Shown here piece after piece: positions 27,647-35,143 of a stretch of 35,768 nt of DNA. How positions within the stretch are numbered: position 1 is the stretch's first letter; every line of letters begins with the position of its first letter. The stretch is taken from contig JAJZYA010000001.1 of assembly GCA_021806285.1 (NCBI GenBank), positions 1 to 35,768 on the forward strand. Direction: 5' to 3'. The DNA is from a bacterium. Lineage in GTDB: Bacteria; Patescibacteriota; Saccharimonadia; Saccharimonadales; UBA4665. A program made the position numbers and the translations under genes. The notes below the pieces were generated by a model. It ran no database searches. It was not told the DNA's origin and worked only from the letters and a program-made list of their open reading frames with translations.

Positions 27647-28897
27647 CTATTCTCTCCGATCTACATAATTTCGACAAAAGTCTTCAAAGACAGCATTTGT
27701 CCAACCAAACCCTTCTTGAGATGGATAAACACCTTTAAAGGGTGGTTTTTCGGGTCGTACAACGTTGTATTTTTCAATAAAGTTATGATGAATAATAAAC
27801 CAGTTGAGATTAGTTTTAAGCCACTTCATAGCTATCGTTCGAGCTTCTTTATGATAACCATATTTTTCGAGGCCTCTCACGACAAACATATGTAAAGGAG
27901 CCCAGCCATTTGGATAAGCCCATTGAGTTGGCATCGAACCTAAAACGAACTGACCAACCGGAAGAGTATCAGTTGTAGCAAGCCCGCCCCTATACTCAAA
28001 TCGTTTTAATTGTTTAACTAAGCTTTTAGCCATATTAGCGTCAACCATTCCAGCCCATAGCGGGACATAAGCAGCTAAGGAATAGATCGGTCCTTTTTTA
28101 TTTTTAAGATAATTATAATCAAAATAAAATTTTTTAATTTTATCCCACATTAACTCATTAATCACTGCTTTTCTTTGATTCGCTAAATCTTCCCAACGGG
28201 CAGCTTCTCTTCTATTGTTTAGGATTTTAGATGCTTTTGAAAAATCCATTTCGTATTTATATAAGAAGGCATTTAAATCAATTGGTAGAAAATTTAAAGC
28301 TTTTCGATTAAATCTAGGTGTCATATCCCATCCACTTTCAGCTTCGGCTAAATCATGTAATAAATTAGAGTCTGTGTATCTAGAAAGACCTTTATATACG
28401 TTGCGTAGATTAGGCTTCGTAGTTCCCATCCATACAATTTTATATTCATTTTGAGCGACCGTAATTTTGTCTTCAAGCCATTTATTATCTAATTTGTAAG
28501 TATTATAAATATCAAAAATTAAAGAAGTTAAAAGAGGAGGCTGAGATCTACCCATAAGATAAGTTCGTGATGCATTAGGTATAATCTTAAATCTGTTAAA
28601 TAAATAAATGATATTATCTAAAATCCCAAGCACGAGATCTTTATGCTCTTCATCCAAAAGACCTTGAACTATAAAGTAACTATCCCAATAGTACATTTCA
28701 TTAAAATCAAAACCTAAGACAGAAGTAACCGAGGGTACGATATAGGGATTTGGTAATCCCAGTAAACTCTCATCATCCTTGGGATGATAGCAAGTTAACT
28801 CACTCCAATAACTATGGATATATTCCCTGGCAGGTTGAACTTCTTCCTTAGTTAGACTTACGTCCGATCTTAATGATACTAATTTTCTTATATTCAT
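27647..28897 (-). CDS. alpha,alpha-trehalase, glycoside hydrolase family 37 (compact, apparently cytoplasmic)
   Basis: 416 aa. GH37 signature 1 region FNEMYYWDSYF. Catalytic-acid context AESGWDMTPRF. Signature 2 QWAYPNGWAPL. Catalytic-base context FIEKYNV. No signal peptide and no obvious Shine-Dalgarno. Confidence 0.88.
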   Translation of the reverse strand: MNIRKLVSLRSDVSLTKEEVQPAREYIHSYWSELTCYHPKDDESLLGLPNPYIVPSVTSVLGFDFNEMYYWDSYFIVQGLLDEEHKDLVLGILDNIIYLFNRFKIIPNASRTYLMGRSQPPLLTSLIFDIYNTYKLDNKWLEDKITVAQNEYKIVWMGTTKPNLRNVYKGLSRYTDSNLLHDLAEAESGWDMTPRFNRKALNFLPIDLNAFLYKYEMDFSKASKILNNRREAARWEDLANQRKAVINELMWDKIKKFYFDYNYLKNKKGPIYSLAAYVPLWAGMVDANMAKSLVKQLKRFEYRGGLATTDTLPVGQFVLGSMPTQWAYPNGWAPLHMFVVRGLEKYGYHKEARTIAMKWLKTNLNWFIIHHNFIEKYNVVRPEKPPFKGVYPSQEGFGWTNAVFEDFCRNYVDRRE

Positions 28898-28993
28898 TAA
28901 CTATATTAAACAAGGTATTTAATAAATAGTCATCAACAAAACTAAAAAAACTTTGCAATGGATAATTTAATCTAACGTTTTTCAACTAGTTTA

Positions 28994-29393
28994 TGGTGGA
29001 GCTGCCGGTGATTGCAACCGGGTCCGCTAGTTTAATTAATTAAATGTCTACAGGTTTAGTCAATTTAAAATGCTTGTTTAAATAAAAATTAACAAAATAT
29101 TAAACAAGTTCCCTTGTAAGGTCTATAGCATTAAAAATAAAGGGAAAATTTTTAATGAGCATCCAGATAATATAAAGCACTTAATCAAAGTCTGGAACTT
29201 TTAATTAAGCACTGCCTTTAATAAGAAAAGGCTGGTGCGAAAGGAGCAAATACGCTAGCAAAAGAGCCTTTGATACTTGCTGCTAAATCGCTGATTCTAG
29301 ATTTTGCATCTAAAAAAATTTTGCCTATAACGCTGACAAGCGACCTGCAAATTTAACTATTAAAATCCAACGTCGAGCTTTTGATTCAGCCCC
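28994..29393 (-). ncRNA. ssrA: tmRNA (transfer-messenger RNA)
   Basis: Minus-strand 5' end is GGGGCTGAATCAAAAGCTCGACG. 3' end is GCGGAC-CCGGT-TGCAATC-ACCGG-CAGCTCC-ACCA. Acceptor stem GGGGCUG/CAGCUCC includes the G3:U alanine identity pair. The T-arm layout matches E. coli ssrA and CCA is encoded. Length 400 nt. GCAGGU (nt 46-51) can pair with ACCUGU near the 3' end (helix 2). Confidence 0.9.
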
Positions 29394-29403
29394 ATCAAAT
29401 ACA

Positions 29404-29432
29404 ATTATACCACTCGGGAATAATACTTGCAA
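29404..29432 (-). promoter_or_regulatory. putative ssrA promoter
   Basis: Minus strand: TTGCAA (29427-29432), 17-nt spacer, TGgTATAAT with TATAAT at 29404-29409. This is 10 nt upstream of the mature tmRNA 5' G. Confidence 0.55.
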
Positions 29433-29518
29433 TTGCCATAATTTAGTTGCATAATATTTTATCTTTTGAAGTAGCTTTATAACTCTAGATCAGAAAGAGA
29501 AATTGAGAATTTATTAAA

Positions 29519-30343
29519 TTAATGAAGTAAATTAAAAAGCTTTATCCAGGTATCTAAACTTAGTTCTTGAGCTCGAATTTTTGGATTTAGTTTCAATTTT
29601 TCTAAGCTTACCGGGATTTCATTTTTATAGACATTTTTAAGATTATTTTGAAGAGTTTTTCTTTTTGAACTAAAAGCCACTTTTATTAATTTAAATAGTT
29701 TTTGACTATCTGATTTATTTAGGGGCAAATTCTTTTTTGGCTCTAATATTACTATCATAGAATCTACTTTCGGAATTGGTTCAAAGAGATCCCTTCGAAC
29801 AAATGGACCTTTATAGACATTAAAATAATACTGAGCAATAAGTCCTAGTACGGAATAATCTTTAGGTCCAGCACTAAGACGTTCGGCAATTTCTTTCTGG
29901 ACCAGTAGAATTGTCTTAGCTGGTTTATTATCTAAGTCAGCAAGTATACGAATAAGATTAGAAGTTAGGTAGTATGGTATGTTGGCTACGATTTTATATT
30001 CTTTAGGTAATTTACTAAAATCAAATTTTAGAATACTTTCGTTATATATTTCAAAATCTTCCAGCTTCAAATCTATTAACATTTGAGATAAAACAGGGTC
30101 TACCTCTACGGCTATAACATGACATTTTTTAATCAATTTCAAGGTCAAATTACCAGTTCCTGGACCTATTTCTAGAACATTGTCTTTCTTTGATAGTTCG
30201 GCTAAATCAACTATTTTATCTAGGATGACTGGATCTTTTAGCCAATGTTGTCCTAAGCTCTTGTTAGCTTTTACATTACCAGTTTCTGTTATGTACCCAG
30301 TGGATATAGGCATTGTACCATCCTCCATATCTAGCATTTGCAT
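29519..30343 (-). CDS. rsmA: 16S rRNA (adenine1518/1519-N6)-dimethyltransferase
   Basis: KSLGQHWL (compare GQNFL), SAM motif VLEIGPGTGNLT, ANIPYYLTS. All four candidate ATGs (30343, 30337, 30328, 30313) overlap the upstream gene by 38-68 nt. Confidence 0.9.
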   Translation of the reverse strand: MQMLDMEDGTMPISTGYITETGNVKANKSLGQHWLKDPVILDKIVDLAELSKKDNVLEIGPGTGNLTLKLIKKCHVIAVEVDPVLSQMLIDLKLEDFEIYNESILKFDFSKLPKEYKIVANIPYYLTSNLIRILADLDNKPAKTILLVQKEIAERLSAGPKDYSVLGLIAQYYFNVYKGPFVRRDLFEPIPKVDSMIVILEPKKNLPLNKSDSQKLFKLIKVAFSSKRKTLQNNLKNVYKNEIPVSLEKLKLNPKIRAQELSLDTWIKLFNLLH

Positions 30344-31553
30344 AAGAATTACACCACTCTAGCTGCGTAATCGGGTTTGTGGCCCAATCCGCACCAGCAC
30401 TGGACATTTTATATCCAGGAGTAGCTTGACATAAACCATATCCATTAGGAGTATAAGCATTATCGGGAATGGCCGGACAATAATGCTCGCCCTGGGCTTT
30501 AGTGGGGCACCAACCAGATTCATGACTAATTATATAGTCTGCATACTGATAATCGTTTGGAGGTATTCCAGCTAGAGCCATATCTCCTTTTATACCACTC
30601 AGACTGGTCCCTTCGACGACTATTTCTGTAACAGGTTGAACAGTTACGATTGTCTGCATTTCAGTCGATGAAACAACTAAATTATTTTGGGTTTGATCTT
30701 CATAGGTAATAACTTCTTGACCTGCAGAACCTTGCTGCCTGACAGCACTTGTGCCGTAAGCCAAACTTGAAGAATAAATTGTTTGAATCGGCATAGGGAT
30801 TGATTGAGTTATTGTCGAAATTTTAATTCCTTTTCTTACTATATAGACGACTTTGTTGGCTGTAAGAGTAGAATCTAAGGCTGGTACCACCTCGTTTTTT
30901 GATATTAATTTAATATGCTCTTTTTTAATAAGCTCACCCACGGTTTTAGCATGTGTTCTAATTAAAATATTTTTGCCATACAGGTTCAAATTAATGGGCG
31001 TAGCTGGGTTGATAACTACACTCTGTCCAATAACACCACTTTTTAGAAAATTTGATGTAGGAGTGGCATAAACATAGTCTTCTGGATAAATTTTAATTCC
31101 AGCCTGTTGCACCACCGCTCTTGGAGTTTTGGCGGCTGAATATGTAAAAACTACGCCACTAGGAGTATTGATGGCAATTGGTTTAGCTCTAAAAATATTA
31201 ATTCTAAAGTCATCTTGATTAATGGAAGTGTTTAAGGCTGGTTCAACAACGTCACCGTGATGTAATACGATGTGAAGCTTAGCTAATAATATCTTAACCG
31301 TCTTATCTTTAGTTGGCACGACTTGTTGAATACCATCATAAGATATAATTACTATTTTGGAATCTGGGACAACTTCGATTGTTTGACTATTTTGAACAAA
31401 ATGATAAAGAACTAAAGTAACTAAGCTTAAAGATAAAATCGTAATAACAGGAACCTTTACTCCCGGATGCCTAATGATATGTCTAAGCCTTCTTATCTGT
31501 CTTCTTTTGAATCGGATAAGCTTATATAAAAATGATCGTTTATTTAGCTTCAT
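30276..31553 (-). CDS. YabE/RpfB-like cell-wall protein: TM, DUF348-like repeats, G5 domain, C-terminal lysozyme-like (Apf/IsaA-type transglycosylase) domain
   Basis: 425 aa. TM VPVITILSLSLVTLVLYHF. Three repeats of the TVxxLL...I.L...D.V.P type. G5-like QQGSAGQEVITYEDQT...VTEIVVEGT. C-terminus IISHESGW...NGYGLCQ...ARYGGWYNAYIHW with four Cys. Confidence 0.75.
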   Translation of the reverse strand: MKLNKRSFLYKLIRFKRRQIRRLRHIIRHPGVKVPVITILSLSLVTLVLYHFVQNSQTIEVVPDSKIVIISYDGIQQVVPTKDKTVKILLAKLHIVLHHGDVVEPALNTSINQDDFRINIFRAKPIAINTPSGVVFTYSAAKTPRAVVQQAGIKIYPEDYVYATPTSNFLKSGVIGQSVVINPATPINLNLYGKNILIRTHAKTVGELIKKEHIKLISKNEVVPALDSTLTANKVVYIVRKGIKISTITQSIPMPIQTIYSSSLAYGTSAVRQQGSAGQEVITYEDQTQNNLVVSSTEMQTIVTVQPVTEIVVEGTSLSGIKGDMALAGIPPNDYQYADYIISHESGWCPTKAQGEHYCPAIPDNAYTPNGYGLCQATPGYKMSSAGADWATNPITQLEWCNSYANARYGGWYNAYIHWVHNRNW

Positions 31554-31632
31554 ATAATAATGAACGTAGAAATTAGAATATAAAGGAAATTTAATTAGCT
31601 ACGTACTTATTTAATTGTAGCAGATATTAGGT

Positions 31633-32100
31633 TTAGGATTTTAAATTTTGAATAAAACATACACTTTGATCTTCAATTAGATTCGGATTTTTAATTAAAT
31701 CATTAATTTTAAACCACCTAACATCTACTATTTCTATTTTTTTAATGATGTTGGTCGTTGGTTTGTGATCAAGTTTAGTTTTATAAAATATTAAAAACAA
31801 CTTAAAAATTAAATATTTATAAACCACTTCGTTTTCTTTAACAATATTGGTATTTCTTAATTTGATACCTGTTTCTTCATAAACTTCTCTAATAGCAGCA
31901 TCTCTATAATCTTCATGTTTCTTGGTACCACCTCCAGGAAATCCCCATTTATTATCTGAGATAAGGGACCTAACCATTAATACTTCATCTTTATATATGA
32001 TCGCGACTCTATTACGTTTAGATTTGTTTATTAATAAAAAAATGAATGGTTTAAAAACTACGAATATTATATTTCCGAATACTTTAAAAAGTTTTTTCAT
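31633..32100 (-). CDS. NUDIX hydrolase with a hydrophobic N-terminal segment
   Basis: Nudix box GFPGGGTKKHEDYRDAAIREVYEETGI. N-terminus FGNIIFVVFKPFIFLLI. The ATG overlaps the pcrA TGA (ATGA). Confidence 0.8.
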   Translation of the reverse strand: MKKLFKVFGNIIFVVFKPFIFLLINKSKRNRVAIIYKDEVLMVRSLISDNKWGFPGGGTKKHEDYRDAAIREVYEETGIKLRNTNIVKENEVVYKYLIFKLFLIFYKTKLDHKPTTNIIKKIEIVDVRWFKINDLIKNPNLIEDQSVCFIQNLKS

Positions 32101-34229
32101 ACTTTCTCTATTTTAGCGAAACTTAAGTTAATCTTTTTAAGACCCTTACCCTTAAAATAGATGGCCGCGAAATCACCGTCCATTTCCATAACAGTTCCTC
32201 TCCCAAAATAATCATGGTTGATTTGATCTCCAATATTTAGTTCTGGTATTATCCAAACTTCGTCATTTGCGGGTTTAGGGTCAACATATTCGTTTAAAAA
32301 ATAGGGTTCTTTATTCTGTGAGAATTCTGCGTCAATATCTTCTAGAAAACGACTCGGAGTATTATGTTGAACTCCTCCAAAGAGCATTCGAGAGGCAGCG
32401 TATAGCATATATAATTCTTTTTTGGCACGAGTCATACCGACATAACAAAGTCTCCTTTCCTCCTCCATTTCACTAGCATCATACAAAGATCTGGAATGAG
32501 GGAATATGGTCTCTTCCATCCCACTCATAAAGACAACTTCAAACTCTAAACCTTTTGCCGAATGAAGTGTCATTAAAGTGACAGAATTTTTAGCATCATT
32601 CATTGAATCTAAATCCGATATTAAAGCCACCTCTTCCAGAAAACCAGCTAGACCTAATTCTTGATATTCACTGGCAACACTTAAAAGTTCCTTGACGTTT
32701 TCCTTACGTGATTCTCCTTGAATAGTGCCGTCGTCTAAATACTTATAGTAATCTAGTCTTCTAATTAAAGAATCAATTAAGCCACTTAAATGGGTGCTGC
32801 TTTCAATTTTTCTTAAACTGTTTAGTATTTCAAATAAATCGTTTAAACCTTCTCTAGCCTTATTAGACAAGTCTTGACACTGATCTATAAGCTCTAAGGC
32901 TTTAAAAATGCTACCTTGCAACGTTGCAAATTCCCAAAAAACATTGAGACTTTTAGGTCCCAGAGATCGTCTTGGAACATTAATAATTCTCTCTAGGGAC
33001 GACCTGTCTTCAGGCTGATAGATTAATCTTAGATAAGCAATAATATCTTTTATTTCTTTTCGTTCATAAAATTTAACACCACCTACTATATGATAATTTA
33101 GGCCATTTCTTACAAAAGCTTCTTCTAGTGATCGACTTTGAGCATTCGTCCGATAAAGAACGGCAAAATCTTTTAATTGACGATGTCCCATACTAACTTC
33201 GTCTTTAATCTTATTGATTATAAAATCAGCTTCAGCTCTCTCGTTATTTACTTGAATTACTTGAACCGGCTTACCACTAATTTGATCTGTCCATAATTTT
33301 TTATCACTCCTGTTGTCATTTTTGGATATGACGGCATAAGCGGCGTCTAATATCTCTTTAGTTGATCGATAATTTTGCTCTAATTTAATTATTTTAGTAT
33401 TTTTAAAATCTTTTTCGAAATTCAGAATATTTCTAAAATCTGCCCCTCTCCAGCTGTATATGCTTTGCCAATCGTCTCCCACAACCGCTAAGTTTGGATT
33501 GTTCTTAGAACTTAAGAGCTTAACCAGCTTATATTGGGAGGCATTGGTGTCCTGATATTCATCTATAAGAATATATTTAAATTTGGATTGCCATTTATTT
33601 CGAATTTCCTTATTTTTAACAAATAATTCTACGGTTTTTGCTATTAGATCATCAAAATCTAAGGCGGCAGCATCTTTTAGTTCTTTTTCATACTTAGGAT
33701 AAAGTTCCGATGCAATCTTTTGAGTTGGATTAAATGCTAGATCATGAATCTCTTCGGAATCTAACATTTCATTTTTAGCATTACTTATAAAATTTAAGAC
33801 TTCCCTTTTGGAATATTCTTTTTCACTGATTCCATTATTCTTAAAAAGTCTTTTAATTACAGATAATTGATCACTTTCGTCAAAAATAACAAAGTTTCTA
33901 GGAATTTTTAAATAAGACCCGTCTTCTCTTAGTATCTTCACACAAATACTATGAAAAGTACCCATAAAAGGCATGAAATAATAATTATTTGGAGACTTAA
34001 GAAGATCTGCAATCCTTTCTCTCATTTCATTGGCTGCTTTATTGGTGAAGGTTACAGCTAAGATCTCATTAGGGTTGGCTAAATGCTCATAGAGAATATA
34101 GGCGATCCGATGAACCAAAGTTTTAGTTTTACCACTTCCAGCACCAGCCTGTATTAATAACGGACCCTCCGTAGAAGTTACAGCATCTCTTTGTTGGTCA
34201 TTTAAACCAACTAATAAGTCTTCAAGCAT
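32097..34229 (-). CDS. pcrA: ATP-dependent DNA helicase PcrA/UvrD (SF1A)
   Basis: Motifs AGAGSGKTKTL (I), TFTNKAANEM (Ia), ILIDEYQDTN (II), VGDDWQSIYSWRGA (III), YRSTKEIL (IV), TLHSAKGLEF (V), YVGMTRAK (VI). ATG at 34229; the ORF-track start at 34232 is a TTG. Confidence 0.93.
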   Translation of the reverse strand: MLEDLLVGLNDQQRDAVTSTEGPLLIQAGAGSGKTKTLVHRIAYILYEHLANPNEILAVTFTNKAANEMRERIADLLKSPNNYYFMPFMGTFHSICVKILREDGSYLKIPRNFVIFDESDQLSVIKRLFKNNGISEKEYSKREVLNFISNAKNEMLDSEEIHDLAFNPTQKIASELYPKYEKELKDAAALDFDDLIAKTVELFVKNKEIRNKWQSKFKYILIDEYQDTNASQYKLVKLLSSKNNPNLAVVGDDWQSIYSWRGADFRNILNFEKDFKNTKIIKLEQNYRSTKEILDAAYAVISKNDNRSDKKLWTDQISGKPVQVIQVNNERAEADFIINKIKDEVSMGHRQLKDFAVLYRTNAQSRSLEEAFVRNGLNYHIVGGVKFYERKEIKDIIAYLRLIYQPEDRSSLERIINVPRRSLGPKSLNVFWEFATLQGSIFKALELIDQCQDLSNKAREGLNDLFEILNSLRKIESSTHLSGLIDSLIRRLDYYKYLDDGTIQGESRKENVKELLSVASEYQELGLAGFLEEVALISDLDSMNDAKNSVTLMTLHSAKGLEFEVVFMSGMEETIFPHSRSLYDASEMEEERRLCYVGMTRAKKELYMLYAASRMLFGGVQHNTPSRFLEDIDAEFSQNKEPYFLNEYVDPKPANDEVWIIPELNIGDQINHDYFGRGTVMEMDGDFAAIYFKGKGLKKINLSFAKIEKV

Positions 34230-34270
34230 CAATATATTTTAACAATTTTTTAGGTTAATTAGCTAATATT

Positions 34271-35143
34271 TTAAATTTTGATTAGACCCGCATTAGACGC
34301 TATAAACAGCCAAGCTATAATTAAAATTATGCTCAATATTGTTCCGAGTATGACAAATCTTTTTGTTTTTTTCTTTTGAGTTCTATTTATTGGTAAAAAA
34401 TATTGCTTACTTTCTATCATACGATTAATCTCTTGAAGTCTTTTTTGTTCTTCTGCTTCTTTTAGTTGAGCGACCTTTTCTTCACTAGATTCATTAACTT
34501 GTTTTTTATTAATTAAGGAGTTGGTAGCGTCTTCATTTTGAAAGTCTTTTGAGCTATCTTCTTGATTAGACTGTGGACCCACAATATTACTAATTTCTGG
34601 AGTTGAAATATCAGATTGATCAACATTTGGTTTATCGCTAGCTTGATTTAAAGTATAAGATTCGGGTTTACTATCATTAGTTTCTTGATCTTTAGTTGCG
34701 TCTTGCGGATGATCTTCAATCGGTAGTTTTAAATTATCCCGATCCGTTTCTTCGTTTGAAGCGTTTAGATCTTCATTGGCCTGCGTTTTTAAGTCATCAT
34801 CTGGAACAACAATATTTAATTTACTTTTTTCATGTTCTGATGGAGCAAGTAAAGTCTCAGGTTCATCTTTAGTTTCGATATCATCTTTTATATTATCCCT
34901 GAGTGGTTCAATATTAATTTTTCTGGATAAAGTTTTTGGAAGATCAGGAGGTCCCAATGGTTCTTCTTGGTCAACCCTATCACTTTCTAAACTAGGATCG
35001 TGATTATCACTTATCATGGGATCTATTAAGATAGGATTAGATTTTATAATAATATTTTTAGAATTCTCAGAAGGTTTAGTTGAACCCGGACTTAAAACAT
35101 CCATAACTTTTTTCTTATTTTGATTTTTTTTAGATGGCACCAC
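34271..35143 (-). CDS. hypothetical tail-anchored membrane protein, acidic low-complexity, no family recognised
   Basis: 290 aa. The GTG at 35143 overlaps the tpiA TAG (an ATG alternative lies at 35104). Asp/Glu/Ser/Pro/Asn-rich with no signal peptide. A short helical segment (EEKVAQLKEAEEQKRLQEINRMIE), a basic patch KKKTKR, then a single C-terminal TM FVILGTILSIILIIAWLFIA near the stop. Confidence 0.55.
   Translation of the reverse strand: MVPSKKNQNKKKVMDVLSPGSTKPSENSKNIIIKSNPILIDPMISDNHDPSLESDRVDQEEPLGPPDLPKTLSRKINIEPLRDNIKDDIETKDEPETLLAPSEHEKSKLNIVVPDDDLKTQANEDLNASNEETDRDNLKLPIEDHPQDATKDQETNDSKPESYTLNQASDKPNVDQSDISTPEISNIVGPQSNQEDSSKDFQNEDATNSLINKKQVNESSEEKVAQLKEAEEQKRLQEINRMIESKQYFLPINRTQKKKTKRFVILGTILSIILIIAWLFIASNAGLIKI

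Noticed and set aside
28898-28993. Rho-independent terminator after ssrA (T-run following TTGCAAAG at about 28940-28960).
   Set aside because: No stable GC-containing hairpin precedes the T-run. The TTGCAA palindrome is too short to form a stem-loop.
27610-29518. Possible genomic island integrated at the 3' end of ssrA and carrying the trehalase.
   Set aside because: No integrase or recombinase gene is present. I could find no second copy of the ssrA 3' segment (TGGTGGAGCTGCCGG or its complement) downstream. The trehalase shows no obvious compositional difference by eye. Kept only as a weak hypothesis in the trehalase finding.
34271-35143. The post-tpiA gene being secG.
   Set aside because: It has a single C-terminal TM, is 290 aa and is acidic and probably disordered. 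It lacks the two-TM, Gly-rich SecG pattern.
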